From positions 236,896 through 300,895 of the forward strand of contig JAAOMT010000029.1 of the NCBI GenBank assembly GCA_016748015.1: a stretch of 64,000 nt of DNA. The letters are read 5' to 3'. The stretch comes from Geosiphon pyriformis uo1. Its lineage: Eukaryota; Fungi; Glomeromycota. The translations under genes and the position numbers were made by a program. Shown one piece after another: positions 37,758 to 50,657 of this stretch. The number at the start of each line of letters is the position of its first letter. Positions within the stretch are counted from its first letter, which is position 1. The notes below the pieces were generated by a model. That model searched no databases, was not told where the DNA came from, and saw only the letters and a program-made list of their open reading frames with translations.

Positions 37758-38553
37758 ATGATTAAACCAATGATAATCATCTTCTCTGGACCCAGTACCT
37801 TTGGAAAAGAAGTTATGCTAGAAAAGATAAACAAGTACTCCACGAGAAAGAATTAGCAACTGCTGCTAATATTTCAACTAATTGGTTTTTTTATTTTAAA
37901 GATGAATCAAGAACCTTCTCCTTCAGATGAGAGAGAAAGATTGACAAAGATTTTCTTCTCATTAAATTAAAAGAATTGCTCACTGGTCAAAATACCAAAG
38001 CCTCAGGTCTATTAAAAATGAATTTGTGGGCTGGGAAGAGAGTGTCAAGTATCCAAGTAAAATATTCAAGTTCACTCGAGTGAATAACAAAAGAAACATC
38101 AAAGCCTCTAAAGTAATTGTAATTGAAGGCCACTAATCAAGGCGCATTCTCGAACTGGTAGCCCTGGCTGACCTAAAAATCTATGTTGAAGCTGATCCTG
38201 ATAATTGTTTAATTTGGAAATTCCAACGGAATCCTTAATTACACAAAGGCGAAAGGTGAGGATACTGCAACCAAAGGTTCATTCATGGGAAGCTTCGGTG
38301 TTTCCAAAAAAGAAGGGATTGAAAGCTTTGCGGAGCGTGTAATACGAAGTTTAGAAATTTATTGGCCAGCAGTCAAGGAGTGAGAAGAGAAAGGTATAAT
38401 TTCCTACAATGTAATATGCTGATCTCATCTTTACCAATAATTCCTGGGAGGAACTAGCTTAGAATGCCGAAAAAATCAAACCCTAGATTGATTTTTTACT
38501 TCACCGATCCCGCTAAGTTTAAAGAGGTTTTTGTTGCAGTACGTCACATATGA
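37758..38553 (+). pseudogene. Uridine-kinase (Udk)-like pseudogene, copy 2 (intronless, bacterial-type architecture)
   Basis: Motifs in the correct order: MIKPMIIIFSGPSTFGK (Walker A relic), ISTNWFF, IDKDFLLIKLKELLTGQN, FTRVNNKRNIKASKVIVIEG, ELVALADLKIYVEADPDNCLIWKFQR, PTM*YADLIFTNNSWEELA*NAEK. Contains stops and frameshifts. Confidence 0.85.
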
Positions 38554-39223
38554 GTCTCTCCTATTATTTAAATTCAGAAATTATTTTCATATGGTCCCAT
38601 AAAAATATGTTAGAAACGTACTCTGTTCAAACGACAGTCCGTTATGATGGTTGACATGTTTTTAAGGCTGGATGGTTGTAACAATTTTTTCCAACTTTTT
38701 TTACAGTTTTTTCTGCTTCAATTCTTTCATTAAGAGTGTCTAAAGTAATCTATTACTATTGAATAAATGTTTCGCCTAGAATAAATGTGGAGATTCTTAA
38801 AAGATCAAAAATATGGTTTTACATATAAAATTTCCAAATCCTCTTTAGTTTTCTAAAATTAAGTGATCCCTGATAATTCATGACATTTTTATGCTGAATT
38901 AGATTTAAATACAGTTTTTTAGGGGAAAAATTAGATAATTGTTTTTTGAACTTGGTCCCTCTCTTACCAAACAAATATCCCTCCACAAAATGAAAAACTT
39001 TTATATGTTCAAAAATTGAAAAATTACAAAATTATATTGGTGTATAAAAGAATTTTATAAATCTTAAAAGGTAATGCTTCACATCGACACAAGGGAGAAA
39101 TAGTAGAAAAGAAACAGAAATGTAAAACTTGATAATTGCTCAATGTCTGGTCATGAAATAATTGCCAGTTTTTTTTTTAAAAATTAAAAAACTTTGAATT
39201 TCAATGCTTTATAGTCTTTCTCA

Positions 39224-40089
39224 TTATTTTCCATTTGATATATTGTATGGAGTAATTATAACCTCGTGAGCTTCTATATTTTCCGTTTCAAGAACATTTT
39301 TTTCAGTTTCTCCGTCGTCTTCCGACTGATGAATAGATTCAGTTGTCATTGGTGGTGAGGGATCCGTGGTGGGTTTAACTTCAGGTCTTGTTTGATTAAG
39401 TGGAGGAACTGGCAAAGGAGTTGAGCACGTACCGACATCATCAGAAGCAGAAGGACCCTTCGTTTCTGGAATTGATTCTTCGGTTGTGGTTGTTTGCGAT
39501 TCTCCGTATCTTATAGGAATCTCTACTGTACGCTGTCCCATATCTTGGTCTCCTGTATGATGACTATTACCGCCAATAGGTCTTAAATCTTCACGATATT
39601 TATAGACAATGTAGAAAGCATGAATAATTCCTATATATATAAAAGAATAATTAAAAATTAAAGTTAATTCATGTCACTTGAATTTTAGAATTAGAAATTT
39701 TTTGGAAAGTACCTGGAATATACCCTATATATTTTTAAAATTATACGACAAGGAAAAAAGAGAATTCTTTTAAAAATATAAAAAAAATTGCATGAAATAA
39801 ATAAGACAGATCTTCAGTACCAAAAAGTGTTAAGATAATATTGAACCTATAAAAAGAAAAATTTAAAAATCAATTCTAAAATTAAGCTTACAGTTTAACT
39901 TGAAAATTCGTATGCAAACTCATATATTATATATTTATATATATAATATATATATAAAATAAAAAAGAATGGAAACCAGGAATACCAAAAATCAGGATTA
40001 TAAAGTCCTCGTTTCATAAAAACCCCGACAGGGGGTAGTAACAAGGCCCCAATGAAAGCCAAGATATCAGCTCGATTATAATTTGTCAT
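39224..40089 (-). CDS. Pmp3/Sna (UPF0057) proteolipid with long acidic Thr/Pro-rich tail, 4 exons including 26-nt and 12-nt micro-exons
   Basis: Exons 40089-39986, 39846-39821, 39724-39713 and 39630-39224 give ALLLPPVGVFMKRG...DFWFNIILTLFGYIPGIIHAFYIV, matching the Pmp3 consensus. Confidence 0.9.
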
Positions 40090-40895
40090 TTTTTAAGATA
40101 GTAATGAAAAATAAAGAGAGCCTAAACTGGTCAATATATAATAAAATTGGATAGAAAGTTAATCTATCAACCATTGCTGATCGCATATAAATCATGAGTA
40201 AGCAATCAAAAGCTTAATAAATGGTTAAAATGATAGAATCTCAGTTTCTCATAATACCTCTAAATCTTTTAATCATAATGAATGAAAATTCATTATGGTT
40301 AAAAATAAAAGATGCAAAATAAATAGGTTCATAATCGAAAATCATTATTCGATAAAGTTATAAATCAATTGGCTGGGGGGTAAATTTGGTTTTTCATCAA
40401 TGCCAAGTGTAATTAGCGATTACATTTTTTTTAATACCCAAACATTGGTTTATGACATATTCAAAGCCTGAGAGATAAAAATATTGAGATTTTTGTTATT
40501 ATGATTATATATTTGACGATGGAATTACGTTTAGAAGATCATCTTTCAATGAAAGCAAATAGTAATGAGGTAACGAGAATAGAGAAAAAATGATTTGGAA
40601 ATAAATACTCCCACAATATAAGTAAGTAAGTTGAGAAGCTTGAATAATCATTTCAATATTCATTATAGATGGGATTCAAGATGAGATTTTTAAGGTTTCA
40701 AAATTTTTAACTGGTCGCAAATTCTTAAAAAATAAATTTTTTACTCAAATGAAGAGATGATATTTAATTTTGAATATAAATTTTAAAAGTTATCCGCAAT
40801 TAAAGAACAAAATTTTAGATCTTGATCAAATTTTATAAATATTAGATTTTATTAAAATTTAATTCTTTATAAAAAAAAAAAAAAAAAAAAAAAAA

Positions 40896-40915
40896 NNNNN
40901 NNNNNNNNNNNNNNN
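40896..40915. other. Assembly gap (20 N) inside a poly-A run
   Basis: Run of n characters flanked by homopolymer A. Confidence 1.
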
Positions 40916-41356
40916 AAAAAAAAAAAAAAAAAAAAAAAAAAATATTTTACATGGAAAATTAGGATTAAAGAGATCAAATTTTCCTCGAAAGATTTACTTT
41001 GAAAATTTTTAAAATGCTCCGGAAAAAGTTAATTCATAGAGACTAAAATTTTCAAAAAAAAAATAAAATTAAAAGAAAGTAATAAATCTAATTTTCTATT
41101 TGAATAATTTCATTTTGATTCCAATAATATTAGCTTACGTATTAGAATTTTTTTGCATCTTTTTTTATCTATAGCCTAAACTTTATTATTACGCTCATGT
41201 AAATTCTTTAATTCTTTAAAGTTTAAAAAAATAATTCACACACTTTCCAAGTTTATAAGTAATGACGAAGAAAATTTGAACTTAAAGTCATTGCAAAAAA
41301 AGTGAAAAAAATTGATACTGAATAAAAGGAAAATAAACTGTTGTGCTTATAGAAAA

Positions 41357-41457
41357 GATAGGATAGGATAGGATAGGATAGGATAGGATAGGATAGGATA
41401 GGATAGGATAGGATAGGATAGTATAGGATAGGATAGGATAGGATAGGATAGGATAGA
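41357..41457 (+). repeat. (GGATA)n pentanucleotide microsatellite, about 20 units
   Basis: Directly visible, with one variant unit (GTATA). Confidence 0.97.
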
Positions 41458-41826
41458 TTGGGAGCTTTTGACGAACCAGATAAAGCAAAGATTTAATTGC
41501 AAAATATTGATTTAAAATATCAATTTCAAAAAATTACAATATATAAACCTCTACATTATAAATGTTTAAAGAAAATTTTACTTTAGTCGATTTTGAAATA
41601 AAATAATTTGATTAAAATTCTCTTTACCTTTATTCTAAATTTATTCATCAAAATATTTTGTAAATACTTAGTAAAAAAAATTTACTAAATTTTACAGATC
41701 TCTGACCAAAGTTGAATTTATTAAAGTCCGAGGTTCCAAAATTTAAAATATTTTAATAATTGCACCAGCTTAATTATTGTATTCTTCTGAAAATAAAGCA
41801 GGTGCTTACTTTTGAGAATACGATAA

Positions 41827-43257
41827 ATGGTTTATATATTTATTGAAACTAAAAACAAAAAAAAACAAAAAAAAAAACCGTTTTTGTTTCTAACTCCGAT
41901 GTTATTAGTTTTTTTCCTAATAGCTCTTGATCTAATCATTTGCTTTTCAAAAGAATATACTTATGATAAATTATTAAACTTCCAACATATCAAATCTTAT
42001 CAGAAAAAAATTTATAATATTGATCAAATAAACAAAAGCAAAAGAAATGAGAAAAATTTTCTTGCAATAAGCGTCACATTAGATACTGATATTCCACCTC
42101 CAACAAGATTTACAGATCAAAAAGTTCTGTCATTGCTTCGCTCAAGTGCAATAAAAGCGGCTCAAATCTCAAAGAATTGGAATTTAACTCGACAAATTTC
42201 AAGCAATGTTTTTGGTATAAAGCATTTTTTTAGAATCTTAATTTGATTTGATTTAATTGACTAGAAAAATAATTGGAATCTCAATTAAAATATTAAAATA
42301 TTATTCATAGTCAGCATAGAACAAGTTCAATCATCAAACCAAGTCACAGATCCAAAATCAAAACCTACTCTGTACTTTTCATTTAAGGGACCTCATCTCA
42401 CTATTTCTGATTGGAGAATGTTCGACAGATTTGTAAGATATACTGATGGCCCAATTCAAGGATCTCTCATCTGTATTGGAATTTTAGAAACTTTTGAGGC
42501 AGGGAAAAAAAAGTTTGAAGATTTGCTTCTACCCTTAAATTTGAATAATATCAAGTTGACGGATAGTAATTCGGCTCATTACGTTTTTACTGGGTTCAGT
42601 ATTGGTGGTGGTAAGTTGCATTTACAAAGTTTCAAACTATTGAGATTCAACAATTTCCCCTTGTAATTTTTTTTTTTAACATGTACTCACTAATTCTATC
42701 AAACAAAATATTTATTCATAATTGATCTCACCAGCCATGGCAGTTCTTTTTGCACTCTTTTTTGCTCAAAAATATTCTATAAGACCTAAAGTAATCACTT
42801 TTGGGCAGCCACGAATAGGAGATATTGGATTTGCTCTCTTTATCAAAGAACATGTTGATGTTTATCGAGTGACACATGGAAATGATGAACTTACCTTGTT
42901 TCCTAACTATCCAAATTATCGACATCATGAGTTAGAGTACTGGATTCCAAATCAGAATCAATGTGAATGTGACAATTTACCTATTAATGATGATAGTGAA
43001 TACGAATTTCCAGTTGTATTCAAATGCCTTACAAGGAATTTCATTGAACATCCGGTAGGTAATTCTGATGAAATTAAATTAAAAACTTTGTCAAATTTTT
43101 TATGCTAAAATTTTTCGCTCATTTTCCCGACCTATAATCGAAGAATTGCAATTCAAATACTAATAGAGAATATGATAAATTCAACAATTCTGAAGAATGG
43201 TTAAGTTGGATGGAGGATATTCACAGAGGTCCTTATTTTGGTATTATGATGGGGTAA
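41827..43257 (+). CDS. Class-3 lipase-like protein B; elbow GFSIGG (Ser retained); 4 exons
   Basis: Exons 41827-42214, 42311-42610, 42735-43054, 43144-43257. Motifs: FSFKG, FTGFSIGG, ITFGQPRIGD, RVTHGND, YRHHELEYWI, IHRGPYFGIMMG. The start codon is uncertain. Confidence 0.85.
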
Positions 43258-45938
43258 ATTTTAGCTATTAAAAAAATAAACTTGATTAAAAATGTCTATT
43301 GTTTATGGGACATGCTGCGACAAAGCCAGATAAAGTGAAAATTATGCTATAAGCAGATTTCAGGCCCAAAACTTATTTTGCTAAAGAAATATTTTAATTT
43401 TAAAATATATGTTGTCAAAAACAGTCAAATTATAAATTTTAATGGGGGGAGTTTTTTTTTACAGCATCTGAAATTAAACTGTGACTTAAAGAAACTTATT
43501 AAAGATTTAAAGTAAAATGTATAAATTGTTTATAACAAACTTTATAAAATACATATATAAAGTTTTTTATTCTTTTTAAAATTTATTATTTATTTAATAC
43601 TTTATATATATATATATATTTGTTTGTTTGTTTGTTTGTTTTTTTGTTAAATATATTTGTAATAATTTATAAAATCGATATTATTATGTTATTTTTTATG
43701 GCTAACCATTAAAGAGGAATGGTAGGTCTTTGCAATTGCATCTTTCCAATATTTCATAACAAAAAGTTTAACAACTAAAATTTTTGAGTGTTTTCTTTAA
43801 ATGTGAATTAATTTTTAATTTTAATTTTTTTTCCTTCTCAATTAGGTCAATATGAATATCAAACCATTGTTTGGATCTGGCTTTTTTTTTTTTTGACTGC
43901 AAGTTGTTTCATTCAAACACAGTGCCGCTAATGCATAATACTTTTTATCTTTTCAAACCTTCAAAAATGCGAGGAGAAGGGTCATCTGGCTTATTAATAA
44001 AATGTAGCATCAAAATTTTCAACAGAACATGTTACAATAAACAAGATAGGCGGTGCACGCATGAATAAAGAAACCAGTAAATGTCTTTTTTATTATATGA
44101 ATGACAAATCTATACCAAATGTAGTAATTTTTCTTTGTGTAATGTTATCTTTCCAATAAACGTATGTGTTTTGCTTACTTTGATATTCTTGTATAATTTC
44201 TTTATTAATAGTTTGAGATTTTTATTAGAATGTAAACTTTATTATTATGAAAGAAACATATCTTTTTGTTAAAAAATGAATAATTTATTTTTTTGCTTTT
44301 TTTTCAAATTAAAAGAATTCAAAATTCAAATATAATGAATAATTTATTAAAATTATATTTTTGTGATTTTGTGATTTTAATGTGTTGATTAAGAATAAGA
44401 AAATTGATTTTTTGAAATTTATCAAGATTTTTTTTTATTTGTTAATAAATAAATAATTTTTGAAATTATAAAAAAAGATGATTTAAAATTTGATTTTTTA
44501 TTATAAAATGAACTGAATTTTTTTAATATTTTTAAATTAATTATACATTTTTTAATTACAAGATTATTTATTTTTATTAATATATAATTTATATTAAAAA
44601 TTATTTAAATTATATTTTAAAACAAATTTGAACATAATATTAATCTTGAATTGTAAAAAACAAAAATGATAAAATATAAATTATATAACATGAATTATTT
44701 CAAAATATTTTTACAACAAAGAAATGATAAAAATATTTTTAGATTCGTGAAGAAAATTTTTAAATTATTTCAAATATTAATAATAAACAGAATGATTTTT
44801 AAGTTAAAAATAATTTAAAATTTATATATAAATATGATAAAAAAAAGAAAGAAAAGAAAGAAAGATAAATGTGTTAAAACTAAGGAGTGCAGAAAACCAT
44901 TTTGATAATTTTAATCACGTTACCACAATTATAAATTTTAAACTCTTTGACCTAAAATTTTTTATTCAAATAATTAATGATTAAGTTTTAAATAAAATTT
45001 ATAACCAATTAAAAAACAGTCTTTGATTTTATTTTATTTTATTTTATTTTATTTTATTTTTTAACTCTAAAAATTTGGAATTCATATTGTTCTTTATAAA
45101 GTTTTTCCCAAAAATTATCATATAAATTTTTTTTAATTTGCTTTTGTAATTCAAGCATTCAGTCACAACATAATTCATCAAATATGCGAAACAAATTATC
45201 TGACACAAATGCTGCATAATAAAAAAAAAAAAAAAACGGAACACTGATAAGGAGTTGCATTACTTGCAGCAACTCCGTTTAAGAGATACTGCATAATGTT
45301 GAGATTTCACATCGTCGTTATGAATTTTCGAATATTTGAACTTTTATGTATATTCTCATTAGATTTTCTTTTCCGTCTCTAGCCTCTTCCAAAAGTTTTT
45401 TCAAGCAACAAAAGAACATGTATAACCCTGAATATTTATACTGGGTATTTGTTCTTTAAACCGGCATCCAGTCTTTTAATGAAGCTATTATCAACGGTGG
45501 CATCGAAAACTCCTGCTTTCTGTAACTTTTCTGTAAATAGTCTCACTCATTTTGTTGGCACAAAATTTTTAATGATAATCTAATATAAATGTAAATTTGA
45601 TAAATTGAGTCCTAATTTATTCCGAAATTAGACTTTCTATATTCCGCGCGATACAGTAAAAGTTCTTCATTTATATTAGAATAGAGAAATAATAATATAA
45701 ATCACATGTATTATGAAATACATCACTCTTAAAAATAAAATAAACTTATTCCCTAATATCATTTTTAATTTGTGTATATAATGCATGAATTATTTTATTT
45801 TCGTGTTGGTGTAAAAGTATTTAAGCACTTCTATAAATCATACAGAATATTTTTTATATTTTAATTCTTTACCCATTTTCTTTTTTCTTTTTTCTAAATT
45901 TATTTTGAAATTTTTTAAACTTTCATAAACTCAAAATT

Positions 45939-47072
45939 ATGAAAATGGTTTTTTCAATCTCTCGTATCAACACAGTTTTATCTGTATGTTTGGTCTTTAT
46001 GTTTGCTTCGGTATTGGCTCGTCAAACTTGTAAGTTAATTTTATTGAGTATAAAATATATATATATACTAATAAATAATTTTAAAACTTTCTACTGAATG
46101 CTGCTGAATTTAATAAACCAACCTTTAAACCTTGATACAAATTAATGAGAACTCGTTTTTATCCTTTTTTCTAACTTTCACTCCTATTTTAAATCCCCCA
46201 AATATAGCTATTAAAGTGCTTTATCCTTCAGAAAAATATTATCTCGTTGCAAACTCCACAATTAATATTGTATGGAGTTCTAATAGCACTGCTGATGATC
46301 CTAAAGCGTTTTCGATTGAATTGGAATATCCGGTAATTTATTTATTTATTTGTTTTTTTGTTTGTTTATTTATTTATTTATTTGTTTGTTTATTTACCTA
46401 AACTTTGTAAAATCTTTTCTTAAATTTGGCCTCATACCCTTTTCAAAGAATGAACCTTCCTTTGCTATCGCAAATAATGTAAAAACTTCACTGGGGGAAG
46501 TAACTGTTCTTGTTCAACAAGTTCCACCACGAAAAGGTATTTTAGAACTTTAATTTTTATAACGTTTCATCCCCTAATCATTATATTATTCATTTTTTTT
46601 GATGTGATTTCCTAATTGTTTGAAACAAAAGCCCAAATTTCAAGATTTTCTAAATACTACTTTATTCTCCTTGTTTCGCTAAATCTTCAGGGTATCGACT
46701 TGCATTTGTAAACATTTCCAATATCAACGACCCATATGCAGTATCTGAACTCTTTGAAATTAAGTCTTTAGGCACTGAAGGTATGATCTTTTAACTTTGT
46801 TTGATTACTTGAAAAGTTTTATTTTGAAAGTTTAAAGATTTTTTTTACAACGTGTTAATTTAACCTTTGTCAAAAAATCATTTAATCTAGTCATCAAATA
46901 CGAACCACCAAAAGAAAGCAGTTCCCAATCAACCATAAATAGTTCAAACAGCGGAAACAACACGAACTCTACAGCATCAAGTGCAACTACTTTGAACGTT
47001 CACACATCACGCTACGCAATTGTCACAACGTTGGCTTTGGTCGTCTTGGGTTTTTTCTTTTGCCAGCTTTAA
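45939..47072 (+). CDS. Predicted GPI-anchored Ser/Thr-rich surface protein (Kre9/Knh1-like N-terminal beta domain), about 5 exons
   Basis: Signal peptide MKMVFSISRINTVLSVCLVFMFASVLA; IKVLYP..INIVWS..DP..FSIEL; IANNV; GYRLAFVN...YAVSELFEIK; Ser/Thr/Asn-rich stalk; hydrophobic C-terminus YAIVTTLALVVLGFFFCQL*. Confidence 0.8.
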
Positions 47073-47947
47073 GAGTTCCCGTATTGAAAATTAAAAAATT
47101 GTAAAATTAAAATCAATCCCAAGAAAACAGGTTTGATTCCTCAACTGGATTGAATTTTTTTAGTTTTTACACATTATTTTAATGAATTCTTTTTAATAAT
47201 TCTTAATGGTTTAACCTTTTATAATTAATCTTATTATTCTGAAATGTATTATCCACAAGCTAATTTCAAAAATAATTGAATACAAGCATGATATTTTCAT
47301 CTAATGTTAAATTAAAAATTTAGCCATAGATTCAAAAAACATACTTTTTTTGTCTAACCCAATAGCTTTTTAATGGAACACTAATAATAATATTGAAATA
47401 AAATTGTTCATGATAAAAGTTTAAGGGAAATTACCTTAAAAAAAATATCTTAACCTTGTTAATTGGCTTTTGATTGTGCTTACAACTTCTAGGTACTACG
47501 ATATGAAATTTGAAGTTAAACTATAATTTGCCTATTTAATATTGAAAATTATGGAAATTTTTATGATTATTTTCTAATTTTGAATAAATGCTAATTAATC
47601 CAAAGATTTTCTTGGAAATTTTTTTGTAACCTCAATAAAAAAAATATATCAAAAATCACAAAATTATAAATTCTCTTAAAAATAAATCAATTGAGAAAAG
47701 ATTCTAAAAATTGATGTTTTGATATAATTCGATGAATTTAAAAAGGTGATGCATATATTTGTTGCATCCTTTATTGGGAGGTGAGGGAATTAGTTATGCC
47801 GAAATCTTTTTTATCAGCATTTTAATTAAAATCATGAAAATCGCTTATTATTTACTTTTAAAAAACCGTTTGTTGCTTGAATTCAATGTTTACTTGTAAT
47901 TCGCAAATTTTAGGAATACATGTAGCCTAATTTTTTTTTTAAAAAAA

Positions 47948-49506
47948 ATGAATTATTTTAAATCTGGTTTTCAACGGCTTTATCCCTCAAAATTTAGATC
48001 AATCCTAAATTTTTCCCTTTTAACAATATTTCTTGCTTTAATCTTAATAAATTTATTTAAATACGACCTTTACCTTTTTCCAAAAATTTTAAAAATTACC
48101 AATACTAAAAAAAATTTAAAAAACTTTACAAAAATTCAAGAGAAAATAAATATTGTTTTAAATTCAAATTTTTCTCAATTTCAACAACAACAACAACAGC
48201 AACAACAAGATTTTATAAATCGAAAAAGAGGTTTCAAAACTCGAAATCATCCACCCAAAACCCCATTAATAAATCAAGAAAATGAATTTATAAAGTATTA
48301 TTCAAAATTAGCTTTCTTTGCTAATTATGCATATTGTTATACGAGCCCGATGGATATCTCGAAAGGCCGAATAAAAGGTAGAATTATTTAAAGACTTTTT
48401 TTGATAATTTTCGCCATGAAAAAATTAAAAAATTATCAAAATATTTTTATTAATAATTTTTTGTTTGAATAGTGGGTATCCACATAAATCCTTCTTCAAA
48501 AGATATTTATGTATATTTTAAAGGAATGGAAATGACAAAAAATGACTGGCAACTGCGAAAAGTGAAATTAGTTCCATTTCAAGTTACAGAAATGAAAACA
48601 AATTTTTTAATCAGAGTTGATGAGGAATACTATAACGATGTGGTTTCGATATCTCGTTCTCTTTTCGGCCGAATATGTGCTCACATTCTTAGAGCTAGGA
48701 ATGAATTAGGTGTGCAAGTTTTTTTTATTGGACATGGCGTTGGTGGTGGTGAGTAAAATATGAATTTTACTCTTGTATTTAAAATTTACAAAAAAATATT
48801 CCTTTTAACTTTCTAATTCATTTATTTTTATAGCATATGCAGCAATTGCAGGCCTAATGTGGCAAATTGAAACAGGAATTGGGAGCTATCCAAAAACTTA
48901 TCCAAATGGATTTTATTCATCGGAAAATTATCACGTTGTGACATTCGGACAGCCACGTACTGGCAATGTCCCATTTGCGAAAATGGTCAACACATTATTA
49001 GATGTAACACGTATAACACACACAAACGATCCTGCCTCACATTTTCCTCCGGCAGAAAGTGGAATTGATTTTTTGGGACATCATGATTATGAATTTTGGT
49101 TAGCTACTCGGAATTGTGATTGCCCCGGAGATGTGCCAAGTGAAAAGGAGTTAGTTAATGAATATGCAGTATATTCATGCCCGGGGTACTTTTTGAAACA
49201 AAATGAGACGAAACGTGTAAAAAAACAAAATTTGCTTTTTGAAAAAAGATTCTTTGAAGTTGAGGATGAAGAATCAGGTGAAAATCAGGTAAGAATATTA
49301 TTGATCACATTTACCAAAAAATAAATTTCATTATTTAAAGGACTTCTAAAATAACATTGTAATTTATTTCGATTTTTAACCTTCAGGAATGTAGCATAGG
49401 ACAATCGATTTCTGAGCTCCCAAACAATTATATACATAAAGGAAGATATTTTGGCGTTACAATGAATGATTGTATTAATTTCCGACCTCGAAATTTAAAA
49501 GCATAA
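47948..49506 (+). CDS. Class-3 lipase-like protein C; elbow GHGVGG (Ser replaced by Gly); 4 exons
   Basis: Exons 47948-48377, 48473-48748, 48834-49288, 49387-49506. Motifs: ANYAYC, VYFKG, FIGHGVGG, VTFGQPRTGN, RITHTND, HHDYEFW, IHKGRYFG. N-terminal anchor, short polyQ and RKR site. Confidence 0.88.
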
Positions 49507-50657
49507 AAATTAATTACCACCATTTAGATGCATTTCTAGATGTTGTTTCAAATGTTGTTACTTAGATTAATCATAATGAAAGTATTTAAAAAAGAATATA
49601 AATAAAGTTCCACTTCCTACCTAGCCTCCCAAAAAAGCATACGAGATTTGATCAAAAAGGCGATATTTCTTTTGAAATATTTTAAGGATTTATAATAAAT
49701 CCCATTGCTTTATTTATTTTATATTTAAACCCAAAAATGAATTTTTAATTAAATTTATTGGTATTGAAAAGTCATTTAAATCAAAAAATTTCGTTAATAT
49801 TATTACCAATTACATTATTTAAAATTTAATCTGATGATTAATTTTTAAAAAATGGTGAAATTACTTACAGGATCACAATCTCGACGAAAAACCTTTTCGA
49901 ATTTAATTTTTCAGTTCAAAATAAATAAAGTAAAAAAAAAAAATGGCAGAAAAAGAAAAAAAAACAAAAAAAAATGGATAATTAAAAATTTCAAAGAAAT
50001 AAAATAGATACCTTTCTAGTTATATACTGTATATACTATATATACTATATATAATTCTTTTTTATCATAGAATATAAAATGAGTCAATATACATTTCCCT
50101 TAATTCTTCTTTCGTTTTCTCTAAATTACTCTAAAAAAAAAAATTTTGTATTTCTGTTGGAATACCCATTCTTTTTGATTAACTAGGGTGAACAAAGTTT
50201 GATATTCATTGTTTTGAAGATTTTTTACGTAAAACTTTTTTTTTTTTTTTTTTTTTTTTTTGATACACATGATTTTTAACTCTTAAAAATTCTTTTGTTT
50301 TTGTAAACTTTAATGATACAATCAAATAATCTCATCAAGTTTATTTTCAAGATCTTTTGTTATTTAAACGATTCCCAATCGCTCCTCTCATGATAGCTAT
50401 TGTAATAAAAGTTTCTTTTTTTTATGTTTGAAACATTTCAAAACAAACAAATAAATAATACTAGTCAATCATTTTTTTGTTTAGTTTGTGGTTTGCTTAT
50501 TACTTTTCCTTTAAAATGTACGAGACTCATTTTCAAGTCAAATTTAACCAGGACAATATAGAATTCTTTTAGATTTTGAGATGAAATTTTTAAATGTATT
50601 TACAAGTTATATTTGGATTTTTTAATGCATCTTCCTAGTTTAATCTTTTCCAACTAT

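Noticed and set aside
41288-41488. ORF with ILSYP repeats
   Set aside because: It is a read-out of the (GGATA)n microsatellite, not a plausible protein.
45250-45276. Hairpin GGAGTTGC...GCAACTCC considered as a Helitron end or terminator
   Set aside because: No downstream CTRR end or U-tract. An 8-bp stem can occur by chance.
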